DNA from: Phycisphaerae bacterium
Lineage (GTDB): Bacteria; Planctomycetota; Phycisphaerae; Sedimentisphaerales; UBA12454
Reading direction: 5' to 3'
Assembly (NCBI GenBank): GCA_041661665.1
Contig: JBAZTW010000003.1
Coordinates: forward strand, 7,088-71,087
Length of the DNA stretch: 64,000 nucleotides
Position numbers and translations under genes: made by a program
The notes under the pieces: generated by a model
Database searches by the model: none
What the model saw: the letters and a program-made list of their open reading frames with translations, nothing else
What the model was told of the DNA's origin: nothing
Shown here: positions 9,494 to 19,245 of the stretch, piece after piece
How positions within the stretch are numbered: the first letter of the stretch is position 1
Layout of the letters: the number at the start of each line of letters is the position of its first letter

Positions 9494-10381
9494 TTACTCT
9501 ATGTTCTGCACCTGTTCTTTGATTCTTTCGATGCAGGATTTTATTTGAACAACGTCGAGACAAATTTTCGCATCCGATGCCTTGCTCGCGATAGTGTTTG
9601 CTTCGCGAAGCATTTCCTGTGTGATGAAATCCAGCTTTCGTCCGGTATGCTCGCCCTGTTTGCAACTGGCGACAAACTGCTCGATGTGAGAGCTAAGCCG
9701 AATAATTTCCTCGCTTATATCGCTTCTGTCGGCAAACAGCGCGACTTCTCTTGCCAGCGTATCGTTGTCAAGTTCGAGCCTTGCGCTTTGCAGCAGGTCT
9801 TTAACTCTTGCCGAAAGCCTGTCTCTATATTCCTGAACAACGACTAATTTTCTTGTTTTTACGTCCTCAAGCAGGCCGCCTATCTGTGTACACTGCTGAA
9901 AAAGGTCGTCAGCCAGAGCGGAGCCTTCCTGAAGACGCATTTTTTTCATCTGCTCCAGCGCAAGGGCGGTAACTTCAAAAACAGCTTTTTTCAGATTGTC
10001 CGCTTTTTCGTTTTCCGGCTCCTGAGGCCTTACAACTCCCGGCAGCAAAAGTAAATCCGCAAGATTGATAGTGCAGTCGATGCCGCTTTGAGGCCGACTG
10101 ACGTTATTGAGTTTTTCGACATAGCTTTTCAGGGCGGCTGAATCGATTTCATACATCGGCTCGCCGCTTACGTTTTTATATCTGAGAAAATAGTTGACCG
10201 ACCCGCGATATATATTGTCGCGAAGGAGCCTTTCGATTTCCTGTTCAAGAAAAGCGGCAGCTTCGGGCAATTTTATATTCGGCTTGAAATACCTGTTATT
10301 GACGGAACGTATTTCTACGGCATAGCTGATACCGTGAACTTCCCGGCAAACACGGGCAAAACCTGTCATACTATTTAACAT
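9494..10381 (-). CDS. yicC: YicC/YloC family protein
   Basis: N-terminal MTGFARV..., C-terminal EIERIKEQVQNIE. The true start may be the MTGFA Met at 10369. Confidence 0.85.
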   Translation of the reverse strand: MLNSMTGFARVCREVHGISYAVEIRSVNNRYFKPNIKLPEAAAFLEQEIERLLRDNIYRGSVNYFLRYKNVSGEPMYEIDSAALKSYVEKLNNVSRPQSGIDCTINLADLLLLPGVVRPQEPENEKADNLKKAVFEVTALALEQMKKMRLQEGSALADDLFQQCTQIGGLLEDVKTRKLVVVQEYRDRLSARVKDLLQSARLELDNDTLAREVALFADRSDISEEIIRLSSHIEQFVASCKQGEHTGRKLDFITQEMLREANTIASKASDAKICLDVVQIKSCIERIKEQVQNIE

Positions 10382-10396
10382 ATTTGGCTGCTTTCA

Positions 10397-10774
10397 TTAT
10401 TTAGCGGTCGGAGCGTTTGTTTCCGCTGCCGCCGGCTGCTGTGTTTCGGCTGGCTGAGTAGGTTGTGTTTGTGTCGCCGGCGCTGAAATTGGAGCGTTCT
10501 GCAGAAATTCGCTTGCTGTCGGTTTGAACCACTTTGCCGCGGCAACACTAAGCAGCAGCCATACGCCGACGATACTGATTGTAACCCAGGTAAGAAAATC
10601 GCCGGTCTTTGTTCCAAGCAGAGAGCTGCCGATGCCGCCAAAGGCCGCTGACAGCCCGCCGCCTTTGCCCTTTTGAATCAGGACGACAAGCACCAGAATT
10701 AGTGCCGCCAGTGTCCAGATGCCAATAACCAGTTTCATTACTAACGGCACAGCCGCTAAAGCAAAATTCATCAT
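10397..10774 (-). CDS. secG: preprotein translocase subunit SecG
   Basis: LIQKGKGGGLSAAFGG motif and two TM segments. Start set at the MMNF Met. Confidence 0.8.
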   Translation of the reverse strand: MMNFALAAVPLVMKLVIGIWTLAALILVLVVLIQKGKGGGLSAAFGGIGSSLLGTKTGDFLTWVTISIVGVWLLLSVAAAKWFKPTASEFLQNAPISAPATQTQPTQPAETQQPAAAETNAPTAK

Positions 10775-10816
10775 ACTAAATACCTCTGAAAAAGTTTTAT
10801 ATTTATTATAGTTTTT

Positions 10817-10875
10817 GCACCTGTCGCTTCCGTCTTCGTTAAAACTACGACGAGACAAGTTCGCTCCAGGCTCTG
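10817..10875 (-). repeat. repeat family R4, interrupted variant
   Basis: GCACCTGTCGCT...GCTCCAGGCTCTG with a ~30-nt internal insert. Confidence 0.5.
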
Positions 10876-10880
10876 TTTTT

Positions 10881-11651
10881 TTACTTTTTCGCTTCCGCTG
10901 CAGCCTTTATCATTGCTGCGAAGTCGTCAGCTTTCAAACTTGCTCCGCCTACCAGCAGGCCATCGACATCGGGCTGCGACATCAGAACAGCGGCATTGCC
11001 GGCATTTGCCGACCCGCCGTACTGGATTCTGATTTGGGCGGCAAAGTCCTTATTATACATACCGGCGATAAGCTGTCGAATCATTAAATGGACATCCTGT
11101 GCCTGCTGCGGAGTGGCGGTTAAGCCCGTTCCGATAGCCCATACCGGCTCGTAAGCAATGGTAATCGCCTTTGCTTTTTCAACGGTTATGCCAGCCATAC
11201 CCTTTTGTATCTGCTCTTTTACAACGCTGTCGGTTTTGCCGGCTTTGCGTTCTTCAATGAGTTCGCCAACGCAGAAAATCGGCAGCAAACCCGCGTCAAT
11301 AGCTGCAATCATCTTTTTGTTGATGAGTTCGTTGCTCTCGCCGATAACGTGTCTTCTCTCAGAGTGGCCGATGAGTACATCTTTACAGCCGACATCTTTG
11401 AGCATCGAACAGCTTACTTCGCCGGTGAAAGCGCCTTTTGCTTCAAAATAAACATCCTGGGCGCCTAAGCCGAGCTTTGCCGAACCGATGGCGTTTTTCA
11501 CAGCCGCAAGATAAACGAAAGGCGGACAAACAGAAACATCAACTTTGTCAAGCAGGTCTGCGCATTTCAGCGCAACACCCTTTGCTAATTCGACAGCGCC
11601 TTTGCTGTCGGTATTCATCTTCCAGTTTCCGCCGATAAATGGCTTTCTCAT
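10881..11651 (-). CDS. tpiA: triosephosphate isomerase
   Basis: IAYEPVWAIGTG and GGASLK motifs. Confidence 0.92.
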   Translation of the reverse strand: MRKPFIGGNWKMNTDSKGAVELAKGVALKCADLLDKVDVSVCPPFVYLAAVKNAIGSAKLGLGAQDVYFEAKGAFTGEVSCSMLKDVGCKDVLIGHSERRHVIGESNELINKKMIAAIDAGLLPIFCVGELIEERKAGKTDSVVKEQIQKGMAGITVEKAKAITIAYEPVWAIGTGLTATPQQAQDVHLMIRQLIAGMYNKDFAAQIRIQYGGSANAGNAAVLMSQPDVDGLLVGGASLKADDFAAMIKAAAEAKK

Positions 11652-11723
11652 CCTTTAAAACTCCAAAATTTTTTAGACACAGCTCGGCTGAACTCGCCGA
11701 AGTCGAATTTACGCTGTTTTGTA

Positions 11724-12791
11724 TTACTCCAACAGCGTGTTATTCCTGGGATAGCTTCCAAGCACCGAAAGCTGCAAACAATGCTGCTTTACTTCTTCAA
11801 GACAGGCAAGGATTTTTTCTTCCCTGCGATGTCCCTGACAATCGACAAAGAAATAATACTCCCATTGCCTTTTCTTGCTCGGCCTGGACTCTATATTAGT
11901 AAGGTTCACTTCCTTTTTCTTAAAAACGTCCAGCACATCGGCCAACGCGCCCGCCTTGTGAGCGGTGCTGAACAATATCGATGTTTTGTCGTCGCCGCTG
12001 GGTTTTGCATCTTCCCTGCTGATAACCAAAAACCGCGTTACGTTGTTCGCGATATCTTCTATGTTCTCGCATACAATCTGCAATCCGTACAGTTCAGCGG
12101 CTATGTCCGAGCCGATTGCCGCGGCGAATTTTTCTTCCGCCGCCATTTGCGCCGCTTTGGCGGTAGAGGCGACAGGTATCGTATTGGCTTCCTTAAAAGT
12201 CGCGCCCAGCCATTTTCGGCACTGAACAAAAACCTCAGGCTTGGAATAAACCTTCTCAACTTCCTGAAGCTTGCAGTTAGCCAGCAGATTATGATGGACA
12301 GGCATATAGACTTCCGCGCAGATAAGCGCGGATGTATCAACAAAGGCATCAAGCGTTTCAACGACTTCGCCGCCGGTTGAGTTTTCTATCGGCACAACGC
12401 CGAGGTCGCAATGTCCCTTGCCGACCTCTTCAAATATCCCGCGAATATCAAGCACAGCTTCGTATTCAACGCTCTGACCGAATTTTCGTATTGCTGCGGT
12501 ATGAGAAAAGCTGCCTTTCGGCCCTAAAAATCCAATTCGCAAAGGTCTTTCAAGAAAGAACGAGCCGCTCATCATTTCCCGCCAAATCGCAGCAAGCGTT
12601 CTGTCGGGCAGGGGGCCTTTGTTCAGTTCGGCGATTCGAGCGAGAACTTTTTTTTCCCGGTCAGGCGCATAAATCGGACCATCGCCTTTAGCCTTGCCTA
12701 CTTCAACAACCACCTGCGCACGCTCGTTAAGCAGCTCTACGAGCCTTGCGTCAATCTGGTCTATTTTCTTTCGTAAGTCCTCGATATTCAT
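11724..12791 (-). CDS. pheA: bifunctional chorismate mutase / prephenate dehydratase
   Basis: N-terminal CM helix (LRKKIDQIDARLVELLNERA), a PDT domain, and a C-terminal ACT-like ESRPSKK. Confidence 0.9.
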   Translation of the reverse strand: MNIEDLRKKIDQIDARLVELLNERAQVVVEVGKAKGDGPIYAPDREKKVLARIAELNKGPLPDRTLAAIWREMMSGSFFLERPLRIGFLGPKGSFSHTAAIRKFGQSVEYEAVLDIRGIFEEVGKGHCDLGVVPIENSTGGEVVETLDAFVDTSALICAEVYMPVHHNLLANCKLQEVEKVYSKPEVFVQCRKWLGATFKEANTIPVASTAKAAQMAAEEKFAAAIGSDIAAELYGLQIVCENIEDIANNVTRFLVISREDAKPSGDDKTSILFSTAHKAGALADVLDVFKKKEVNLTNIESRPSKKRQWEYYFFVDCQGHRREEKILACLEEVKQHCLQLSVLGSYPRNNTLLE

Positions 12792-12984
12792 TGTTTTACT
12801 GCCAGAATATCCTAAAACCGGCTATACTTACCATAATTGTCGGCGGCAGTCAAATAAATTGGTAAATTACAGTTTGTTTGCGGATAAAAAGATGAGACAA
12901 TGTGTGATATGCTGATTTTCTATCGCCTTGGCCTTAAAAATCAGGATTGCTTTTATTCTGTTTTTGATTAGACTCAAAATCGAG

Positions 12985-13587
12985 ATGGTAAAACAAATGC
13001 CCAATATGTTGACTTTCGGCAGATTAGTTCTGTCGGTGATATTTTTAGTTATGGTCTATCTGTCGCCGAACAGGGCCGAGCCGCACTGGCCGAACTGGCT
13101 TTATCTCGATACGGCGTTTGCGATTTTTCTTGTCGCTGCTTTTACCGATTTAGCCGATGGCTATTTAGCTCGGAAATTCAACGCTGCCAGCAAATTCGGC
13201 AGAATTGTTGACCCTTTGGCTGATAAAGTGCTGATTTGCGGAGCATTTGTCGTTTTCGCAATTATCGGCGAACCGAAACTTTTCAATCTCAGCAAGCCGA
13301 CCCTTGCGATTATCCAGTGGGCTTTCGTTGGCGTTATAATTGCCAGAGAAGCGATGGTTACGATTATTCGGCAATGGAGCGAGTCACACGGCATAGTATT
13401 CCCTGCTACCTTGAGCGGCAAACTGAAAATGTTAGTGCAGGCCTTCGCCGTCGGCACGGTTATGGTCAAAATGGCTCACGTTCAAACCGCCGCCTGGGGC
13501 TACTGGTTCACATCTGCCGTTTATCTTATTACCATTTCAATTACCATTATCAGCGGCGTTTTGAGTTTTAAAAAGCTCAAAACATAG
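12985..13587 (+). CDS. pgsA: CDP-alcohol phosphatidyltransferase (PgsA-like)
   Basis: DLADGYLARKFNAASKFGRIVDPLADK motif. Start set at the MVKQMPN Met. Confidence 0.8.
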   Translation: MVKQMPNMLTFGRLVLSVIFLVMVYLSPNRAEPHWPNWLYLDTAFAIFLVAAFTDLADGYLARKFNAASKFGRIVDPLADKVLICGAFVVFAIIGEPKLFNLSKPTLAIIQWAFVGVIIAREAMVTIIRQWSESHGIVFPATLSGKLKMLVQAFAVGTVMVKMAHVQTAAWGYWFTSAVYLITISITIISGVLSFKKLKT

Positions 13588-13790
13588 ATGTCAGAAATCA
13601 GACATCAGACTTCCGCTAATCTCCGGCTTTTCAGAGGTCTTGATTAAAATTTTTAAAAAATTTACAAAAATTTGATACTTTTCTATTGAACTTCTCTTCG
13701 TACATAGATATACCGTCAATCTTATAGAGACTGCGCCGCCCAGCCGGCTTTGGCAGAGCCGCAGTCGGAATTTACTTTAAGGAACCCTGT

Positions 13791-15143
13791 ATGTATGAGT
13801 TGTGCAGCTTGTCTGCGAACATTGACCAGGCAGACGAACCTCCGCCTATTACCGCTCAGAATCCCACTGATTCTGGGCAGCTCTCTGACACAAGCCAAAG
13901 AAGCGTCAATTGTTTTGATGATTGGAAATGGCAAATAAGCAAGCGAATCCGGGATTTATCCGGCCTTTACGAGCTTTTCCCAAACCTCAAGAATAACGAT
14001 TTCATTCCCGCTGTAATTAAGAAGTATCCGATGGCTATTACGCCTTATTATGCTTCTTTAATACGCAAACTTGATATGTCTGACCCTGTTTTCGCGATGA
14101 GCATACCTCAAATCAGCGAACTTCAGGACCCGGCCTGTCTTAGCGAAGACCCGCTGGAAGAAAACGAAGATATGCCCGTGCCGGGACTTGTTCACCGTTA
14201 TCCCGACCGCGCGCTTCTGATTGCGACCACAACCTGCTCGATGTATTGCAGGCACTGTACAAGAAAAAGAGTCGCAGGCACAAGAGAAAGCACAATTTCA
14301 CCGCTGCGGCTTAAACAGGTATATGAATATCTGATTACCCACCCGGAAATTCACGATGTGATTATCTCCGGCGGCGACCCGCTGACGATGAATACCGATG
14401 CTATCGAGCGGATATTAGAGACTTTAAGAAGCATTCCAAGCGTCCAGATTATCCGAATCGGCACAAGAACGCCTGTCGTCCTTCCGCAGAGAATTACCGA
14501 TGAGCTGGTAAATATACTCAAAAAGTATCATCCGGTCTGGATAAATACCCACTTTAACCATCCCAACGAGCTTACCGCCCAAGCGGTCGAGGCTTGCGCG
14601 AAACTGGCTGATGCCGGAATACCGCTTGGCAACCAGTCTGTTCTGCTGCGAGGCATCAATGATACCCCGCAGATTTTCGAGCAGCTTTGCAGGGGCTTAG
14701 TTAGAATGAGAGTTAGACCTTACTATCTGTTCCAGTGCGACCTTGTTAAGGGTGTTGAGCATTTCAGAACGCCTTTGAGCAGAGGCATTGAGATTATGGA
14801 GTATCTCCGCGGCAGATTAAGCGGCATAGCGATTCCGACTTTTGTCGTCGATGCTCCCCACGGCGGCGGGAAAATCCCCGTTTTGCCGAATTATATCGTT
14901 TCCACGAGCCCGACACATACCGTATTGAGAAACTTTGAAGGTATGATGATTAACTATCCCGAACCATCTCTCGGCAGACCGGCGGAAATTCCGGTTGTTG
15001 AAACTCCCGCCCGGTCGGTATGGGATTTGGCAAGCGGAAGAAGCTCGGTCATCGTGCCGGAGAATACCAAACGCTATCAAAGGCGAAAAACAATCATCAG
15101 AAAGAAGAACGCTTCAATGATTCAGGAAGAGTTCAACTTCTAA
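13791..15143 (+). CDS. kamA: lysine 2,3-aminomutase family radical SAM enzyme (KamA-like)
   Basis: CSMYCRHCTRK (CxxxCxxC), ISGGDPL, PHGGGKIPV; 450 aa. Confidence 0.85.
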   Translation: MYELCSLSANIDQADEPPPITAQNPTDSGQLSDTSQRSVNCFDDWKWQISKRIRDLSGLYELFPNLKNNDFIPAVIKKYPMAITPYYASLIRKLDMSDPVFAMSIPQISELQDPACLSEDPLEENEDMPVPGLVHRYPDRALLIATTTCSMYCRHCTRKRVAGTRESTISPLRLKQVYEYLITHPEIHDVIISGGDPLTMNTDAIERILETLRSIPSVQIIRIGTRTPVVLPQRITDELVNILKKYHPVWINTHFNHPNELTAQAVEACAKLADAGIPLGNQSVLLRGINDTPQIFEQLCRGLVRMRVRPYYLFQCDLVKGVEHFRTPLSRGIEIMEYLRGRLSGIAIPTFVVDAPHGGGKIPVLPNYIVSTSPTHTVLRNFEGMMINYPEPSLGRPAEIPVVETPARSVWDLASGRSSVIVPENTKRYQRRKTIIRKKNASMIQEEFNF

Positions 15144-15144
15144 T

Positions 15145-16131
15145 ATGATTGTAGGTCTCACTTATGATTTAAGAAAAGATTATGAAAAACTCGGCTATAG
15201 CGAGCAGGCCGTAGCCGAGTTTGATTCTGAAGAAACCATTTCGTTTATCGAATCCACCATACAGAGTCTCGGCTATGAGACCGCCCGAATCGGCAATGTG
15301 TTTTCGCTGTGCGAAAAATTGGCCGCCGGCGAAAAATGGGATTTGGTTTTCAATATCGCCGAAGGCCTTACCGGCAGAAACAGAGAAGCACAGGTTCCCG
15401 CGATGCTGGAGGCGTATAACATACCTTATACAATGTCTGACCCATTAGTTTGCGCGCTTACGCTTGATAAAGCGATGACCAAACGCATTTTGCAGTCGGC
15501 AGGTCTTGCGACACCGAGATTTGCTGTTGTGGAATCTGCGAAAGACATTGCCGGCATTTCACTGCGGTATCCGCTTTTCGCAAAACCAATCGCCGAAGGC
15601 ACAGGCAAGGGCGTTGATGAAAAAAGCAAAATTGAAAACCCAAAACAGCTTAAAACCGTCTGCGAAAATCTGCTTGAGCAGTTCAGGCAGCCTGTTTTAG
15701 TTGAAGAATTTCTGCCAGGCCGTGAATTTACCACCGCGATACTCGGCACGGGCAGCGATGCCTATGTGCTTGGCACGATGGAAATCGTAATGAGAACGCA
15801 AACCGATGGAAATATCTATTCTTATGATGCCAAGGAACGATGCGAGCAGTTGATAGACTATGTGCGGTTTGATGAAAAGCCGCTGGTCGATAAAATCGCC
15901 GCTCTGGCTCTTGAGGCTTACAAGGTTTTGGAATGTCGGGATACCGGCAGGATTGATATCCGCTGCGATTCAGCGGGCGAACCGTGTTTTATCGAAATTA
16001 ACCCTCTGCCCGGTATGCATCCGACACATTCTGATTTGCCGATGATTGCAACAAGAGAAGGTATGAGTTATAAAAACCTGGTAAAAACAATAATAGATAG
16101 CGCTTTAAAAAGGGTCAAAAAGTTTTTGTAG
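15145..16131 (+). CDS. ATP-grasp ligase, D-Ala-D-Ala ligase-like (1 of 2)
   Basis: 328 aa; LDKAMTKRIL, YPLFAKP, FIEINPLPG. Starts 1 nt after the kamA stop. Confidence 0.75.
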   Translation: MIVGLTYDLRKDYEKLGYSEQAVAEFDSEETISFIESTIQSLGYETARIGNVFSLCEKLAAGEKWDLVFNIAEGLTGRNREAQVPAMLEAYNIPYTMSDPLVCALTLDKAMTKRILQSAGLATPRFAVVESAKDIAGISLRYPLFAKPIAEGTGKGVDEKSKIENPKQLKTVCENLLEQFRQPVLVEEFLPGREFTTAILGTGSDAYVLGTMEIVMRTQTDGNIYSYDAKERCEQLIDYVRFDEKPLVDKIAALALEAYKVLECRDTGRIDIRCDSAGEPCFIEINPLPGMHPTHSDLPMIATREGMSYKNLVKTIIDSALKRVKKFL

Positions 16132-16153
16132 GGTGGGCTCTTAGCCCACGCGG
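16128..16153 (+). repeat. repeat family R1 between the two ATP-grasp genes
   Basis: Exact 26-mer. Its GTAGGG supplies the TAG stop (16129-16131) of the upstream ORF. Confidence 0.85.
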
Positions 16154-16160
16154 CTGCTAT

Positions 16161-17144
16161 ATGAATATATTGATTATCCATAACGATTATGCTTCACACG
16201 CTTTCGCCGAAAGTAACGCCGGCCTGAAAGAGGAAGTGAACGCGGTTTGTAAAGCTCTGGTGGAACTTAAAATAAAATACACCATCAAAAGTATTAAGAA
16301 GATTGAGCAGCTTCCGAAAATTCTCGCAGCAAATAAGCAAAAAATTGTTTTTAATCTCGTTGAGGAATTGCCCGCGGATATTAAACACGCCTGTTTGGTG
16401 CCTGCGATTTGCCGCGGCTTCGGCAGAAAATTTACCGGCAGCGATACCCCCGCTCTGCTCCTCGCGCAAAACAAGGGACAGACAAAAGCGATTTTAAAAG
16501 CCGCAGGCGTTCCAGCTCCTGATGGCGCAATGGTTGAGGTTGGGCAGAAAATTTCCGTTAAAAATCTTACAAAAGGTTATTATATTGTCAAACCAGCTTT
16601 CTCCGATGCCAGCGAGGGCATAACCGCCGATTCTATCGTATCGCTCGGCAGCAAAAAAATGTCCGCCGTAATAGAAAAAATTCACAAGCAGTTTCGCCAG
16701 CCTGCGATCGTTGAGCAATTCATACCGAATCGGGAATTAAACGTTTCTGTTTTGCAGTGCGGCAGAAAAATAAAAGTTATGCCTATTGCGGAGATTGATT
16801 TCGGTGCATTTAAAAAAGGCAAACCAAAAATAGTTGATTACGCCGCCAAATGGTACGCCGATTCGTTTGAGTATAATAATACGCCTCGAATTTTGCCGGC
16901 AAAGCTGCCCGCCAAAGTTGCCGCGCTTGTCATGCAATATGCGATTGGCGCATTTAATGCTTTAGGCTGCAAAGATTATGTTCGAGTCGATTTTCGGTTA
17001 GACGAAAAAAATCATCCATTTGTTATTGAGGTAAATCCCAACCCTGATATTTCGCCTGATGCGGGTTTTGCCGCGGCGATTGAGGCAGGCGGAATAAACT
17101 ACAAAAAATTTGTTGAAACATTATTGAAAAATCCGGAATTATGA
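16161..17144 (+). CDS. ATP-grasp ligase, D-Ala-D-Ala ligase-like (2 of 2)
   Basis: 327 aa; NKGQTKAILKAAGVP, YIVKPAFSDAS, VIEVNPNPD. Confidence 0.75.
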   Translation: MNILIIHNDYASHAFAESNAGLKEEVNAVCKALVELKIKYTIKSIKKIEQLPKILAANKQKIVFNLVEELPADIKHACLVPAICRGFGRKFTGSDTPALLLAQNKGQTKAILKAAGVPAPDGAMVEVGQKISVKNLTKGYYIVKPAFSDASEGITADSIVSLGSKKMSAVIEKIHKQFRQPAIVEQFIPNRELNVSVLQCGRKIKVMPIAEIDFGAFKKGKPKIVDYAAKWYADSFEYNNTPRILPAKLPAKVAALVMQYAIGAFNALGCKDYVRVDFRLDEKNHPFVIEVNPNPDISPDAGFAAAIEAGGINYKKFVETLLKNPEL

Positions 17145-17626
17145 AAACTAATGAAATAACGATTCACCAGACCCAGCAAAAAGACAAGCCTGCCATTATG
17201 AGGATGCTGAAAGATACTAAATTCTTTCGTGATGGCGAAATTGTTATCGCCGAGGAAGTTCTTGACGATTCGCTTATTTGTGGAAAAGACGGAGAATATC
17301 GTTCATATTCCGCCGTCGAAAACAACGAGACAATCGGCTGGGTCTGTTTCGGCCCGACCGCCTGCACTATCGGCACGTTTGATGTTTTCTGGATTGTCGT
17401 GAACCCGAAATCGCAGGCCAAGGGCCTCGGCACAAAACTTATGGACTTCGCCACTGACCTTATAAAGAAGGATAATGGAAGGTTGATTGTCGTTGAAACA
17501 TCGGGAATGGCGAAATATCTGGCCACGCAAAAGTTTTATGAAAAGCTCGGCTACAAAAAAGAAGCTGTACTGAAAGACTTCTACACCAAAGGTGATGACA
17601 AAATCATTTATCTCAAAAAATGTTGA
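17141..17626 (+). CDS. GNAT family N-acetyltransferase
   Basis: 161 aa; acetyl-CoA motif NPKSQAKGLGTKL. ATGA overlap with the upstream gene. Confidence 0.8.
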   Translation: MKTNEITIHQTQQKDKPAIMRMLKDTKFFRDGEIVIAEEVLDDSLICGKDGEYRSYSAVENNETIGWVCFGPTACTIGTFDVFWIVVNPKSQAKGLGTKLMDFATDLIKKDNGRLIVVETSGMAKYLATQKFYEKLGYKKEAVLKDFYTKGDDKIIYLKKC

Positions 17627-17766
17627 GAGGTATTTCTTTTGTCGATTAATTTTCATGCTATTTTACCACATAAATTCGTATATTAAAAAACAGTTTTTTC
17701 ATTGAGTGTTAGTAGAAAAGATATATAATCAGAAGTTGTTTAATCCATTTTACAGGAGATATTGAT

Positions 17767-18501
17767 ATGAAGAAACTATTGCAGGTGTTTATTCCTATTC
17801 TTTGTGTGCCATTCCTTTGTGGTTTTCTGTTCGACTCGAAACCCAAAACCTCAAAAAAACTTATAGAGGCTCGTGTTCTTGATGTAACCGCTACTGGCGA
17901 GGTCGTTATAGACGCAAACAATAGCATGGTGAAGACTAAAGTAATGTTAGATATTTTCAGGACAAATGGGGAATTAACAGCCAAAAGTGATATAGAAATC
18001 CCCGTAGCCAGAATTATAATTACTCAAACAACTCCGACTTATAGCACAGGGACTATCGCCAGTAAAATTGACGGTAGTAAAGCCCAAATCAGGGATATTT
18101 CCAGAGGTATGCTTTGCAGAGAAACTACGAAACAAACTCTTAAGGCCGAAAAGAAATTTTACAAAAAAACTTTAAAGAGCCAAGGTAAATTAATGAGGTT
18201 AAAAAAAGTATCAAAATATGAGGCAAAGCTAAATAGTTGGATAGGAGTTGATGTTAATAATTTAATTGCAAGCTGGGGATATCCTGAATCATCCTTTGTT
18301 GCACCCAATGGCAACAAAGTATATGTTTATTCTCAAAGTTCAAGTTATACCAAGCCAATGGTCACCAATATCAACCCATATACGCATAGTGCTATTACAT
18401 ATGGTGGGAAAACAGTCGAACATTGGTGTAATACTTATATAGAGGCTGACAATACCGGAAGAATTATCAAGTGTACATGGAAAGGAAATCATTGTAAGTG
18501 A
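17767..18501 (+). CDS. hypothetical secreted protein
   Basis: Signal-like N-terminus MKKLLQVFIPILCVPFLCG. AT-rich codon usage. No family recognised. Confidence 0.5.
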   Translation: MKKLLQVFIPILCVPFLCGFLFDSKPKTSKKLIEARVLDVTATGEVVIDANNSMVKTKVMLDIFRTNGELTAKSDIEIPVARIIITQTTPTYSTGTIASKIDGSKAQIRDISRGMLCRETTKQTLKAEKKFYKKTLKSQGKLMRLKKVSKYEAKLNSWIGVDVNNLIASWGYPESSFVAPNGNKVYVYSQSSSYTKPMVTNINPYTHSAITYGGKTVEHWCNTYIEADNTGRIIKCTWKGNHCK

Positions 18502-18561
18502 CATGATTATAGTGATCTGAATTTTTGTTGGCAGAAAAAGTTTAAAAAAAGATGGGTAGCG

Positions 18562-19245
18562 TTGTCTAAGAAAACAGAGCAAAAACATAAAGGTATTTGT
18601 GTACTATGTGGGAAAGAAGAGTATTTGACCAGAGAACACGTTCCCCCAAAAAATTTATTCTCTAAACCTCGTCCGAAGAATACAATTACAGCCTGGACTT
18701 GTAAACCATGCAATGCCAGCTATTCGCAAGATGAAGAATACTTCCGAATATATATTGCTGCGGGAGCTTCGCCAGATTCAGACTGCGGTCGTCTCTGGAA
18801 GGAAAAGGTAGAAAATTCAACATTTTCACGTAGCCCAGCATTACGCCAAAAACTTTCTGATGGCATGGATGTTATTCAGCAATATCACAAATTAAATCCG
18901 CTTAAGGATTTTGATGGCAAACCAATTCCCGACGAACTAATCCCATATGCACTTCCTTTAGAATCAGATCGTATTTGCAGGGTTATAAAAAAAATCATTC
19001 GGTGTTTGTACTTTAAACACTTCAAATTTGTACTTTCACCGGAGATAGAGATATCCATTAGCACTGAACCTTTAACTGAAGTGGAGGTGGAAAAAATTGT
19101 TATTGAGCATAAAGGTTTTGTAGGTAATAAAGTAGATAATTTATTTATTTATTGGTTTGACCAACAGGAAAAAGATGGGAGTATTGACTGGATACTTTTG
19201 TTTCAAGGTGGTTTTAAATATTTTCGTGCAACCATTAAAATGTGA
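18562..19245 (+). CDS. hypothetical protein with HNH-like CxxC...EH...CxxCN motif
   Basis: CVLCGKEEYLTREHVPPKNLF...CKPCNASYS resembles a beta-beta-alpha-Me finger; the rest is unrecognised. Confidence 0.45.
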   Translation: MSKKTEQKHKGICVLCGKEEYLTREHVPPKNLFSKPRPKNTITAWTCKPCNASYSQDEEYFRIYIAAGASPDSDCGRLWKEKVENSTFSRSPALRQKLSDGMDVIQQYHKLNPLKDFDGKPIPDELIPYALPLESDRICRVIKKIIRCLYFKHFKFVLSPEIEISISTEPLTEVEVEKIVIEHKGFVGNKVDNLFIYWFDQQEKDGSIDWILLFQGGFKYFRATIKM

